Part shown: positions 1 to 13,550 of the stretch, in pieces
Layout of the letters: every line of letters begins with the position of its first letter
Numbering within the stretch: position 1 is the first letter of the stretch
Source of the DNA: the human T2T-CHM13v2.0 reference genome, Homo sapiens
Strand: one strand, 5' to 3'
Assembly: GCF_009914755.1 (NCBI RefSeq)
Contig: NC_060931.1
Length of the DNA stretch: 64,000 bases
The notes under the pieces: generated by a model
What the model saw: only the letters and a program-made list of their open reading frames with translations
What the model was told of the DNA's origin: nothing
Database searches by the model: none
Translations under genes and position numbers: made by a program

Positions 1-67
1 TCTATATGCTCTCCTTCACATACTCAGTCCCCAAAGGGCACTGTCTTCTTCTGTTCCTTTTCCAGTA

Positions 68-917
68 CAACGAGTCCTCGATGACATCATTTTCATTCAA
101 TGTTGTTTTATTATAATGTTGATGAGAAAAAAAATGTCATTTCTAGCTAGGGCCGCTGTCTGCCTGGAGTTCGCATGTTCTCCCTGTGTGTATGTGGGTT
201 TCCTTCAGGTACTCTGGTTTCCTCCCAACTGCCAAAGATGTGCATATCAGATGAACTGGTGTGTCTTCATTGTTCTAGTCTGTGTGAATGTATTTTTGTG
301 TATGAGTACTGCTGTGATTAAATACAGCCTTGGCCAGGGTGGTTTCCACTCAGAGTCCTGAGATGCTATAGGCACTTGCCACTCACAACCCTGAACTGGA
401 CTAAGCATGTTGGAAAGTGAATGACTGAATAAAAAAGAATAATTGTAAAATAAATATTTGCCGTAAACAATAATCATACAAATGCATGATAATAAACAAT
501 GTGGTCTAAAAACTTTCATTGAACCACCATGTTTTGTTATGGTTTTTGAACTGCTTGGAAGTAGGACATGCTGCTTACAGTTTTCACCTTGCAAATATTT
601 ATTGCTTGATTTAACCCACCACCACTATGACCACCATCACTTACTAATTCACCAAAAATTGGGTCAATTCTTATTTTATTTGTTTTCATTAATCTTTCTC
701 AAATGCATATATAGCTCACATTTATTTCAATGTTTAATATTAGAAGTGACTTTTATCTTTATGTAGAAGTTTGGTGATTGTTGTGACCAGAAATATGCCA
801 TAGGAACTTAATAGTTTTTTATATCTATTAGTATAGGGTAAAATTTGATTCCTTATACATTGTTCCTTTTTAATTCACAGTTTCCAAGAACATGTCAATG
901 CTATAAAGGACTTACTA
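68..917. mobile_element. MER6 non-autonomous Tigger (TcMar) DNA transposon, near full length
   Basis: Termini CAACGAGTCCTC... and ...AGGACTTACTA are degenerate TIRs flanked by TA at 66-67 and 918-919. The internal TGGAGTTCGCATGTTCTCCC...GGTTTCCTCCCAAC...CCAAAGATGTGCA block matches the recalled MER6 consensus. Length is about 850 bp. Confidence 0.85.
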
Positions 918-1334
918 TACTTTCAGGTAACTGTTTTTATATTATGTTTCAGTTGTTTTTCTGCAGGGAGTATTCCAATACAGTCATATCTATTGTAGTC
1001 AAATGTAGAAGTTACATAAATTATTTTTTGATATCTGAATTTTGTGTGCTAATAAATGCAGAACACTATTACAGCTACATAAATAACCAATTATTAACAG
1101 TCAACTACTGACTATACTAAGGTATGACTGAACAAGGGAGGGGATCATTCTCCAGATGTGCTAAGTTGTAGAAACAATTAATTTGGGCTAAATTAGATTA
1201 ATAGTAAAAATATTGAGGCAAAACGAAGAATTTTCAGACTACAAGGTTTTTGGATACTGGAAATAAAAGCCATGATAGGATCTAAGACTTCTAGATTATT
1301 TTAAGCATAGAATACAGAATAGTCTGCAGTCAGG

Positions 1335-1500
1335 TAGTTGGTGTAGTTTTGGGATGGTGATGGTAGTGACAGTGATGATGGTAAAAGTTGCAACAGTGCT
1401 GGTAGTGATGATTATGTCATTAGTGGTGGTGGGAATAGTAGTATTGGGGTGCTGACTAAGGTAGAAGTGGTAATGGAAATGTTGTAATGATAATGATGTC
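1335..1500 (+). repeat. Degenerate (TGG/TGA/TAG)n low-complexity repeat
   Basis: Runs such as gatggtgatggtagtgacagtgatgatggt. It produces the Thr/Ile-rich ORF 1296..1502(-). Confidence 0.7.
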
Positions 1501-1896
1501 AAAATCTGGAAAAATCTATTTGAAGAATAGATTAGATAACAAGTTTCACAAAGGGATGAACATTCTTCCTTTTTCTAACATTGTGAAAATCATTCTCTTA
1601 AAAAAACGAAATGGTATTTTAATCTCAGTTTAAATAATCTTCAAAATGTAGTTGAGCCTCATTTAACCAATTTGATGTTTCCCATGAAGAATTGTTTATT
1701 TTTTAAGCTCCCACAAAGTTGTGGAAATGTGCACTCCCAAAACCAAAAGCATGTTACTCAATAAAACTATATCTGCAATTCTTTACTGGCTATGATCCTA
1801 TAGCATTTTGTTCATATTTTATAATACTTACAATGGTGAAGCACATTTATTCATTTATGTAAATTATTTGAGAATGAGGATGATGCTTATTTGTTC

Positions 1897-4800
1897 ACTT
1901 ATTTATATTTTCAAAAAGTTTATTTGAGTACACAGTAAGTGTGTATATTTATGGTGTACATGAGATCTTTTGATACAAGCATGCAAAGCATAATAATCAT
2001 GTCATGAAAATGGGGTATACATTCTTTCAAGCATTTAACCTTTGTGTTACAATCCAATTATACTCTTCTAGTTATTTTTAAAATGTACAATTAAATGTAC
2101 AATTAAATTATTATTGACTATAGTCACTCTGTTATGTTACAAACCCTAGCTTTTATTCATTCTTTCTAGTCTTTTGTACCCATTAACTATCCCTAATTCT
2201 CCCCCTACTCCATATCCTACTACCCTTCCCATCCTTTGGTAATGATCCTTCTTACTCTCTATCTCCACAAATAAGAACATGTGATATTTGTCGTTTTGTG
2301 CTTGGCTTATTTCACTTAGCATAATTACCTCCAGTTTCATGCATGTTGTTGGAACTGACAGGGTCTCATTCATTTTTTATGGCTGAATTATACTCCATTA
2401 TGTATAAGTACCACATTATCTTCATTCATTCATCTGTTGATGGATGCTTAACTTGCTTCCAATCTTTGCTCCTCTGAATAGTGCTGCAAAAATCATGGGA
2501 GTGCAGATACCTCCTCAATATACAGATTTCCTTTCTTTTGGGTATATACTCAGCAGCAGGATTGCTGGAACATGTGGTAGTTTTGAGGAATCTCCAAACT
2601 GTTCTCCATAATGGTTATAGTAATTTACATTCCTACCAACAGCGTTTGAGGCTTTCCTTTTTTCCATATTTTCTCCAGCATTTGTTATTGCCTGTCTTTT
2701 GAATAAAAGTCATTTCAACCGGGATAAGATGATATCCCCCTGTAGTTTTGATTTGCATTTCTCTGATAATTCATGATATTGAGTACCTTTTCATATGCCT
2801 GTTTGTCATTTGCATGCCTTCTTTTGAGAAATGTCTAATCAAAGCATTTGCCCATTTTTAAATCAGACTATTAGATTTGTTTTCTATAGAGTTGTTTGAA
2901 CTCCTTATACACTCTGAAATTAATCCCTAGTCAGATTGGTAATTGGCAAATGATTTCTCCCATTCTGTTGCTTGTCTCTTCACTTTCTTGATTGTTTCCT
3001 TTGCTGTGCAGAAACTTTTAAACTTGATATAATCCCATTTGTCCATTTTTGCCTTGGTTGCTTGTGCTTGTGAGTACTATTCAAGAAATTTTTGCCCAGA
3101 CCAATTCCCTAGAGAGTTTCCTCAATGTTTTCTTGTAGTAGTTTCATAGTTCAAGGTCTTAGATTTAAGTCTTTAATCCATTTTGATTATGTTTTTGTAT
3201 ATGGTAAGAGATAGCATTCTAGTTTCATTCTTCTGCTCATCCAGTTGTCCCAGCACCATTTATTGAAGAGACTTTCCTTTCCCCAGTGTATGTTCTTGGC
3301 ACTTGTATCGAAAACAAGTTCACTGTGAATGTGTGGATTTGTTTCTTGGCTATTATGTTCCATTGGTCTGTGTGTCTGTTTGTATGTCAGTACCATGCTA
3401 TTTTGAATTCTGTAGGTCTGTAGTACAATTTAAAGTCAGGTTATGTGATTCCTCCAGTTCTGTTTGTTGTTGTTACTGCTCAAGATTGTTTTAGCTATTC
3501 TGAGACTCTTGTGGTATTTTGATAGGGATTGCATTGAATCTGTAGATTGCTTTGGGTAGTTTGGAAATTTTAGCAATATTACTTCATTCTAACACGTGAA
3601 TATGAAATATTTTTCCATTATTTTGTGTTCTCTTCCATTTCTTTCATCAGTGTTTTTCAGTTTTCATTATAGAGATCTTTCACTTCTTTGGTTAAATTAA
3701 TTTCTAAGTATTTAATTTTATGTTTAACTATTATAAATGGTATTAATTTTTATATGATTTTCATATTGTTTGCTGTTGGCATGTAGTAATGCTTCTGATT
3801 TCTGTATGTTGTTTTGTCTCTTGCAACTTTAGTGAATTCATTTAGCAATTATAATAGTTTTTTTTTAGTGGAGCATTTATGTTTTTCCAAATATAAGATC
3901 ATATCATCTGCAAACAAAGATAATTTTACTTCTTTCTTTTCTATTTGGGTGGCCTTGTTTTCTTTCTCTTTTTTGATTGCTCTAGCTAGGACTTCCAGCA
4001 CTGTTTTGAATAACAGTGGTGAACGTGGGCATCCTTGTCATTTTTCAGGTTTTAGAAAAAAATATTCAGGTTTTCCCCATTCAGTATGATACTAGCTGTG
4101 GGTATATAATATATGACTTCTTATCTTGAGGTATGTTCCTTCTATGCCAATTTCGAGGGATTTTATAGTGAAGGGATGTTAAATTTTATCAAATGAATTT
4201 TCAGCATCAGTTGAAATGATCATATGGACTTTCTTCTTCATTCTGTTGATATGATGTATCACATTGATTTGCCTATGTTGAACTATCCTTGCATCACTGA
4301 GATGAATGCCACTTGGTGTTGATGAATGATCTTTTTAATGTGTTGTTGAATTTGCTTTGCTACTAGCATTGTGTTGAGGATTTGTACATCAAAGTTCACC
4401 AGGAACATTAACATGTAGTATTTTCTATTGATGTGTCTTTGTCTGGTTTTGTTATCAGAGTAATACTGGCCTCATAGAATTTGGTTGGAAATATTTCCTT
4501 CTTTATTATTTGAAATAGTTTGAGTAGGATTGGTATTAGTTCTTTTTAAAATATTTGTTAGAATTCAATGGCGAAGCCATTAGGTCCCAGGCTTTTCTTT
4601 ACTCGGAGAACTTTTATTACAGCCTTGATCTCATTATTAGTTATTGGTCTCTCAAGATTTTGGATTTCTACATGGTTCGATATTGGTAGGTTGCAGCTGT
4701 CTAGGAATTTATCCATTTCCTCTAGATTTTCCAATTTATTGACATATCTTTGCTCACAGTACCCACTAATGATCCTTGGAATTTCTGTGGTGTCAGTTGT

Positions 4801-7337
4801 AATGTCTTCTTTATCATCTCTGATACCTTATTATTTTGGTCTTCTCCCTTGTTTTCTTTATTAGTCAACTAAAGGTTTGCCAATTTTGTTTACCTTTTTA
4901 AAAAACAGGCTTTTTTTTTAATTGAATCTTGGTATTGATTTCATTTATAATTCATTAATTTTGCCTCTTATTATTTCTTTTCTTCTACTAATTTTGGGTT
5001 TATTTTGCTCTTGCTTTTCTAATTTTTTAAGATGCATCGAGGTTATTTATTTGAAGTTCTTTTTTGACATAGGCACTTAGAGCTATAAATTTCTCTCCCA
5101 GTATTGCTTTCCCTGAATCTCATAGGGTTCAGTATGTTATGTTTCCCTTATCATTTGTTTCAAGAAATTTCCCATTTTCTTATGTCTTTATTAACCCACT
5201 GGTTATTCAGGAGCATGTTTTCAAATTTTCATATGTTTGTATACTTTTCAAAATTCCTTGTCTTATTAATTTCTAGTTTTATTCCATTGTTGTTAGGAAA
5301 GATGCTTAATATTATTTCAATTTTTTAAATGTTTAAGACTTGTTTTGTGATTTAATGTATGGTCTACCCTTGCTAATGATCCGTCTGCTGAGGAGAAGAA
5401 GGTGTACTCTTCAGCCATTGGATGAAATGTTCTATAAATGTCTATTAGGTCCATTTATTCTATCATGCATATTAAGTCAGATGTTTCTTTGTTGATTTTT
5501 GTTGTCTAGGAGATCTGTTCAGTGCTAATGGTGGGGGGTTGATGTCTCCAGTTATTAATGTATTGAAGTTTCTCTCTGTCTTTTGCTCTAATAATGTTTA
5601 TACATCTGGGTGCTACCGTGTTGGGTGCATATGTATTTAAAATTGTTATATCCTCTTGCTCAACTGACTACTTTATCATTATATAATGACTTCCTTTGTT
5701 TCTTAAGTTTTTTTTATTTCTCAGAATCTATTTTGTTTGATATAAGTATAGCAACTCCTGGTTTTTTTTTGTTTTGTTTTGTTTTGTTTTTTACTTCCAG
5801 TGTTATGGGATATCTTTTTCCATCCCTCTATTTTCAGTGTGTGTTTGTGGTTGTATGTGAAGTGTATTTCTTGTAGAAAAACGATCATTGACTTTTGTAT
5901 TTTTTATCCATTTAGCCACTCTTTGTATTTTTATTGTAGAGTTTAGTCCATTTACATTAAATACTATTATTGATACGTATGGACTTACTTCTGTCATTTT
6001 GTTATTTTTTGTTTTTTTGTGGCCTTCTCTTCATTTAGTCCTTCCTTCCTGTCTTCCTTTTAGTGAATATTTCTCTGGTGGTAGGATTTAATTTCTTACT
6101 TTTTATTTTCTGTGTATCTATTGTATCTTTTTCACTTTGAGGTTACCATGAAGTTTATGAATGCTATCTTATAACCCATTTTTTAACGTGATGACAATTT
6201 ATCACTGACTGCATAAACATACTAACAAACATGTGATAAGAGAACTAATAAAAATTCTACACTTCAACTTTATCTCCCCAGTCTTTAACTTTTCGTTTCT
6301 TCTCTATGTTTTATTGCACTGTCCATGTCTTGTAAAGTTGTCATAGAATTTTTTTTGGTTTATCTTTTAGTCTTTCTACTTCAGAATAGTTTACATACTA
6401 CATGTACTATATAATAATATTCTGGTTTTTTCTGTGTGCTTGCAATTACCAGTGAGTTTCGTACCTTCAGATAATTTCTGCTTGCTCGCTAACATACTTT
6501 TTTTTTTTTTTTAACAGATTGAAGAACTCCCTTTAGCATTTCTTGTAAAACTGGTATAGTGTTGATGAAATCTTTCAGGTTTTGTCTGTCTAGGAATATC
6601 TTTATTTCTTATTCATACTTAAAGAATATTTTTACTGGATACTCTTTGTTCTCTTCTGTTTAAGCAGAAGTAAGGAGTCACTTTCATTGCAGTGGGATAC
6701 ACTGCCTGGGGTTGCAGGAGTGGTAATGGGAAAACTCCCTTAGCTGCCTTTGCTATTGTCTCCCTAGGTCACATGCCACTCTAATCCACTCACTCTGAGC
6801 CAAGCCCAGCACTAGCAGTTGCCTATGAATTGTAGTCCTTATGTCCTAGACTGCTTTTCAAGTTTACCTAGGACACTAGAGCACTTTGGCCCTCAGTGCC
6901 AAGACATTCAAGTTCCAACCATTGACATATTCAATTCTCATCTGGCTAGATATGGCCTAAATGTCCCCTCCATGTGTGGGCACTGGTTAAGCCCAGCACA
7001 TCTTTGCTGTCTGCTGTGACAGAGCAGCACTGAGTTCAATGCAAAACCCCCCAGTCACTGTGCTCTCCCTCCCCCAAGTACAGATTCTCCTCTCCACCAC
7101 ACGGCTGCTGCCAGGGGATGGGGAAAGGGTGCTATTGGTGATTTAAGATTCTATTTCTTAGCCCCTTCAATAGCTCTTTCAGTGATATGAAGTTAAAACC
7201 AGGTACTGTGATTGCTTACCTGATTTTTGATGATTTTGACAGTGTTTTCTGTGTGCTGATAGTTGTTAAAATGTGGTGTTCTTGATGGAGGCATAAATGA
7301 TGTAGGCTTCTGTTCTGCAATCTTTCTGTGTCCTCCA
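1897..7337 (-). mobile_element. L1MA2/L1MA3-like LINE-1 with 3'UTR, decayed ORF2, ORF1 3' tail and 5'UTR; most of ORF1 deleted
   Basis: L1MA-type 3' end at about 1900-2300. ORF2 remnants include 3187..3396 ([11 protein letters not shown]) and 5803..5997 (MTEVSPYVSIIVFNVNGLN, the ORF2 start). The ORF1 tail is at about 6515-6642. 5'UTR-like sequence ends in a degenerate L1 5' terminus (aggcttctgttctgcaatcttt, about 7304-7325). Confidence 0.85.
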
Positions 7338-7423
7338 GGACTACTATGCTTTGTATTACCATACAGAGTAATTTGAATGATGATGAAATAGAAGGTTTGG
7401 AATTTTAACCACCTTTTGCAGTG

Positions 7424-7519
7424 TATAGATGCACAAACCACCATAGTACATGTAAACTTATGTAGCAAACCTGCAAATTCTGCACATGTATCCCAGAACT
7501 TAAAGTAAAATTTTAAAAA
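7424..7519 (+). mobile_element. Very short L1PA 3'-end fragment
   Basis: caaaccaccatagtacatg...aaacctgcaaattctgcacatgtatcccagaacttaaagtaaaa is the L1PA 3' terminus. Confidence 0.8.
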
Positions 7520-9029
7520 TGTTAAATTTCTTACTAAATAAATGAAAAAGCTCTAATAATACTGGATCACCTAGAAGTGTATTACAAAATCTTTAAAAGA
7601 GCTTCCTCTCTACCTTTACCAACTCAATATTCCTCAACAATCTGTATAGCCAAAATAAATAAAGGCTGATGCCTCCAAGTTTGGTTCACATGTCTTTCCT
7701 CTGATAATCTTGGGGCATTAGCACACAGAAAACTTTGAATTACTTAGACATGAGAGTCCTATGATGCTGAAGTGGGAAACCAGGAGCCACTTATAGGACC
7801 ACTATGGATTATTCATTTCTCTTTACCAGCTCACCTTCTATAGACAGAGACACGTAGGAGTAATAATCATAGGATTTATGGACCTCCTTTTTCCTTCCTA
7901 ATATAGGGATGTCTTTTCCTCTTTCTTTCTTTCTGTTTTTTTTTCCCCTCACTGTCTTCTACTTTAGAACAAATTCTCACTCTGAGATCTCAAAAATAAT
8001 AGTAACAGGTATCCTAGAGGGAAAGTTTTTTTTAGAAACTCTTATTTTATTTTCTACTTGTTATATTCCTTTCACTGAGCCAGTACAAAATATGGCTACC
8101 TGCTCTAAATGAAGCATATTTGGAAGTGTAGAAATATGCAGAGGAACAAACTACTAATAGAACCTTAATAAATCATTCTTCTGCCTACTGAGTGAATATT
8201 TGTGAAATCAAGGACAATAAAATTAGTTTAGAGATGGAGAAAAATTCTAATTTTTTTTAAATTGGGTGATATTTAGAAAGAAAAAATCCTGGCATTTTCA
8301 AGAGTTCTCATAGTTCTCTACATTGTCAATCATGTGTTATTTTTGTTAAACTTTCAGAAGTCCCTTATAGTTACTCATGTTTAAAAATAAGACTGAATTT
8401 ATTCAAATTTGGCAGAAGAGGGTGGGTTTAGGAGTCCAGTTGATCTCTCCACACCATACTGTGTTATACAGTAATCTGGTGGGAAGTTAAATCATTTCTG
8501 GACTGGTGAAAGAAAAGAAAAATAAAAGAAACTTAGGCTGGACTGAGAGGTGCTGGGGCTTTAAACGAGTTTCAAAATTAGGAAAGTGATGATCTTATCT
8601 CACATTCCATATCTTATCATACCCTCTTATTTGTATTTCTTAATGCAACCTGCAAGCCAAATTACTATTTTAATGGATACACTTAGTTCATTACTGTATG
8701 TTAAAGTAGAACAAAATTCCTCTAGCCTCTATCTTATTCTGAAGAGAAATAACACTATTTCAACTCAGCGAGTTTTAGGAAAATACCAAATTTTTTTCTG
8801 ATTAGTTCTGTGCCTTTTTGTCCTGATAGTATTCAAAATAAATTGAATCCATGTGCTGATCTGTAGCACACATCAAACTCCTTAGTTAACAGGATTTAAA
8901 TTACTTCAAATATGTCCCTAGGGTGGATCTCAATTGAATTAACAGCCAGGTCCCTACCAAATAATCTCTTGAAAGGCGACGAAATCTTTCTTTGTGAAAT
9001 GGCTTCTCTGACAAATGTCTGCCTAAAGG

Positions 9030-9200
9030 ACTGCTACTCAAATTTAATGTGTGTATAAAACACACAGAGATCTTGATTAAATGTGGATTTTAGGCCAAAA
9101 ATTTAAAGCTTCTGTTTCAGTAGGCTTGGAGTGGGACCCAGCTCTCTGTGTTTTTAACTAGGCCTCAGGTGATTCGGAGACAAATGCTTTGTCTATTCGA
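9030..9200. mobile_element. MER5-like hAT-Charlie element
   Basis: tgctactcaaatttaatgtg...tctgtttcagtaggcttggagtgggaccc...ttttaactaggcctcaggtgattc resembles MER5A/B. Confidence 0.6.
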
Positions 9201-9623
9201 GCATCTGCCTTATGTGATATTTAAGGGATGTTCCTCTATCCTTTTTCAATCACATTAAGAAGATGCTTGTTTCTTATTTTCTTTTCTCCATCACCTCTTC
9301 ATTTTTTCCCACAGAAAACATGGAGAAACCTAAAACCTGGTTTTCATTTTTTTCAATCTCGTATATTTTAGATGGTTTTGTTTTTACAAGACACTTAAGC
9401 TTTTCTTTTCTACCTTCATTTTCCTCAAAATGTTCTATGCTACTACCAGAAATTTATTATTTCCCTAATTAAGCAACGTATAGAGTTCTGAATTCACTAT
9501 GATAAATAATTGATAGTTAAGTGGAGTATATATATACACACGATTTTTACAAATAAATATTAATCACTACAAAAGAAGGAAAATATACAACCAGTAACTT
9601 AAGCTTCTTTATTAAAAATTCAA

Positions 9624-10327
9624 TATTTCTGAGACCTCTGTTCTGTTCCATTGGTCTATGTATCTGTTTTGGTGCCAGTACCATGCTGTTTTGGTTACTG
9701 TAGCCTTATAGTATAGTTTGAACTCAGGTAGCATGATACCTCCAGCTTTGTTCTTTTTGCTTAGGATTATCTTGGCTATACAGGCTCTTTTTTGGCTCCA
9801 TATGAAATTTAAAGTAGTTTTTTTCTAATTCTGTGAAGAAAGTCAATGGCAGCCTTATGGGGATAGCATTGAATCTATAAATTACTTTGGGCAGTATGGC
9901 CATTTTCATGATATTGATTCTTCCTATCCATGAGCATGGAATGTTTTTCCATTTGTTTGTGTCCTCCACTATTTCCCTGAGCAGTGGTTTGTACTTCTCC
10001 TTGAAGAGGTCCTTGACATCCCTTGTAAATTGTATTCCTAGATATTTTATTCTCTTTGTAGCAATTGTGAATGGGAATTCACTGATAATTTGGCTCTCTG
10101 TCTATTATTGGTGTATAGTAATGCTTGTAATTTTTGCACATTGATTTTGTATCCTGAGACTTTGCTGTAGTTGCTTATCAGCTTAAGGAAATTTTGGGCT
10201 GGGGCGATGGGGTTTTCTAAGTATACAATCATGTCATCTGCAAACAGAGACAATTTGACTTCTTTGTCTCCTGTTTGAATACCCTTTATTTCTTTCTCTT
10301 GCCTGACTGTCCTGGCCAAAACTTCCA
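9624..10327 (-). mobile_element. Internal L1PA ORF2 (RT region) fragment without 3'UTR or poly(A)
   Basis: ORFs 10047..10328 ([17 protein letters not shown], containing the RT FADD motif) and 9724..9969 ([16 protein letters not shown]). Confidence 0.92.
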
Positions 10328-10724
10328 TCTGAATGGTTTGTAGAAAAAATTATATTGATCTTACCCACATTATTTGAAAGTTGAAAATACTATTTAGTTT
10401 ATAAGATAGCACTCCACTTGTCAGAATAACCAGTTAAATTTCTCAAGTCATAACTACCATTTATCCTCAATCTCTTAACTTGAGCCAAACTGCACTTTTT
10501 TCTCCCACCTCAGAACCTACTCATAGTCACTGTTTATTAAAACACCAATGTTTCCCTCCAGTCACATGACTACCCTCTTACTCCTTTTGGAACTGTGCTG
10601 TAAATTTTTATATATATATTACACAGACCTTTAAAAACAATCAAATCATCTCTATTCCAGATCATTCTGTGTCATCTTTACTTTTCATAGTATATATTGT
10701 CCCTTGTGTTTATTTTTATTTTTT

Positions 10725-10865
10725 AATATCTGTTTTCTTTACCCCATCATGGGAGTTCCATGAGAGTTGAAAGTTTCCCTTTACTGCTATTTCCTCATTG
10801 CCTAAAATAGTGCTTGTCACACAGTGAAAGTTCAATACCTAATCAGTAAATGATGACAGAATGAC
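10725..10865 (+). mobile_element. L2 3'-end remnant
   Basis: gagttccatgagag...actgctatttcctcattgcctaaaatagtgcttgtcacacagt...tcaata. Confidence 0.55.
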
Positions 10866-12014
10866 TGGCAATTGTGTATGCACTAGAAAGGTTTTATATT
10901 ACAATGTCACAGAGCTCACGAACGAAGCCTCTGACTTGATACATATATTAAGGTAACAGCAATAAAACTTTTATTATGAGCATATTGAATTAATGTCTGT
11001 CTTTACCTCAAGCTCTATTTGTGCAATATAATAATTCAATTAAATGCTTTTCTTTCTACATTGCCTTAATGCCAATTTTATCTTACTGTAACTAAGAAAT
11101 ACAGTGAATATAATATGTAAATAATGAATGCTTAGATTATTATTTTAGAATATATTTCTCAAATTGGTTTTGTGCTTTGTCTCTGGTAACACAGACAACA
11201 CTAAAATTATTATATTCTAAAGAAGCTGAGCTTTTAACTTTAACGTAGTCTTAAAAAGATGTAAAAATATGGCTACTCAGTGTTCTGCCTTGTAGTTCTA
11301 TCACATGAGTTCCCATGTAAATAATTCCTTTCACTTATTATAATACCTTTTTCACTGTGGAGAAACTCTCTATAAAGATCTAGTAAGTCTCATAAAGGAG
11401 AAAGAAATGGATATAAAACCCTCAGGAAATAGTAGTTGGTGAACTACAACTAAAATGCAGCAGTTGAGGGAAGAGATAAGAGAAACAAATATTTTCAAGT
11501 GAAAACTTTGAAAAGTAATTTCGGAAATACATTGACAATGTTTACTAAAAAAAAATGAAATTTTCTCTGCAGTACTTCTAATTTTATGAATAAACAATAG
11601 AGACATAACAGTCTCCACTTTGTTTTTGATAGTAGACTATAGTTTACATAAAACATACGCCTGAATATATTTTCTATAAGTTATTTGTCTGAACAACCAT
11701 CTAAATGAGATTTATTTACTATTCCTGAACAAATACATTTTTTACAACTCTGACTTACATGCTTAATTTATACAGTGATATGACATTTTCTGTTAAGTTA
11801 TTCAGGAATATTTTATTTGTATCACAAAGCCTGATATTTTAATGAACAGTATTTGTTTAAAATTGACTACAATAATATTTCCCCACCAGATATTTAATGT
11901 TTCTCTTCTTTGAACCCAGTAGCTTAGTTTGAGCTATAGTTTTGGTGGCATTATAAGAAAGAATAAAACTTTATTTTGTATCTGACTTTTTTGTTTGTTT
12001 TAGTTCTTTCTCTA

Positions 12015-13095
12015 TATATTGAGGTATAAATTACATTGAGCAAAACATGCATATTTTAAGTATAAACCTAGTAAATTTATACATATATATATGAAATACT
12101 ATCTTATTCTACTATAATAAGACAATATCTTACAAGTTTATAAGTAGGCTATTTCCAAAACTCCAGCAAACCCCTCATGACGTTGCACAGTTGATATTTC
12201 CACTCAATGATAATTGATCTCCTCATCTCTGTTATCAAATATTAGTTTTGCTTATTTTTGAAACTCATATAAGTGGAAACATATAGTATATATACTTTTT
12301 GAGTTTGACTTTTTTAACTTAACATTGTGAAATGTATCCATATTGTTTTATGTAGCAATTTATGAATGTCTTTATTGCAAGGTAGTATATAACGTACTTA
12401 TCAATTCTCAACACATTTGGATTGTTTTCAATTTGGGGCTAGTATTAATAACATTGCTATAAACATTCTTGTGTTTGTATTTTTGTGGACATAAGCACAT
12501 ACATTTGTTTAATATAGAATCAGAAATAAAATAGATAATATATAGGTTAAAAAGTTGGCTTTAAATACATGCAGCTTTTTGATGTGGTTGTACCAATTAT
12601 ATTTTCACCAGCAATGTGTGAGACTTCTAATTAGTCCATATCTTCACCCATCATTTGTATGTTTAGTCCTTTTAATTGTAACCATTCTGATGAGGGATTA
12701 GAATAACTTGTAATTTGAATTTAGATTTTTAGGATGAATAATAATTTTGGGAATATTTGCATATATATGTCTATTGGTCATTTGGGTATCCACTTTGGTG
12801 AGTGTTTAGGTCTTTTATATATTTTGAACAATCTTATTTTAAAAACTATTTTTTTATTTTCTAGAGTGCTTTATATATGTTCTGAATAGGAGGACTTTGT
12901 TGAATGTACATATTGGAAACATGTTCTCACCATCTGTGACTTGCTTACATACTTTCTTAATGTTGTAAGTGGATGAGCAGTTCTTAATTTTAATAAAGTA
13001 TTATTTATCTGTTTTTTTATACTGGTGGATTTTTTCTGCAATGTTTAAAAAATTGTTACCATGCTCAAGACCAGAGGACTGATTTTTCCTTCTCC
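12015..13095 (-). mobile_element. Old L1M (L1ME/L1MD-like) 3' region
   Basis: attgaggtataaattaca... 3' end, ttttcaatttggggctagtattaataacattgctataaacattcttgtg, and ttcaccagcaatgtgtgaga. Confidence 0.75.
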
Positions 13096-13159
13096 TATTA
13101 ATATCCTTGTGTGTAGGCAAAATTTGATACTTACTCCGCCAAAATATGGCAAGTGTCTC

Positions 13160-13550
13160 TGTGTTAGTTCATGGTGCCTTGCTGTAAATGAATACCCAAG
13201 GCTGGGTAATTTGTAAATGAAATAGTTTGATTTGGCTGGTAGTTCTGCAGGTTGTACAAGCATGGCACCAGCATTCAGGAAGCTTTTACTTATGATGGAA
13301 GGAGAAGAGGAGCAGGCCTGTCACATATCAAGAGAGGGAGACAGCCAGAGTGGAGGAACTGCCAGGCTCCTTTTAAATAGTCCGCTCTCAAGAGAACTCA
13401 TTACTACTCATTACTATGGGATAGCAGCAAGCCATTCATGAGGTATCCATCCCCCAGGACACAATACCTCCTAATAGATCCCACTTCAACATTGGGAGTC
13501 ACATTTCAACATGAGATTTGGGTAGCGGGGACAACATTCAAACCATATCA
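13160..13550 (-). mobile_element. MST (MSTB-like) MaLR solo LTR
   Basis: TG...CA termini. It contains gaatacccaaggctgggtaatttg, gcatggcaccagcat and tcacatttcaacatgagatttgg...caaaccatatca. Confidence 0.85.

Noticed and set aside
116-766. Overlapping ORFs as a transposase
   Set aside because: MER6 is non-autonomous and the peptides show no HTH or DDE similarity.
1877-7352. TSD for the long L1MA (aggatgatgctt vs aggactactatgctt)
   Set aside because: Too degenerate to call.
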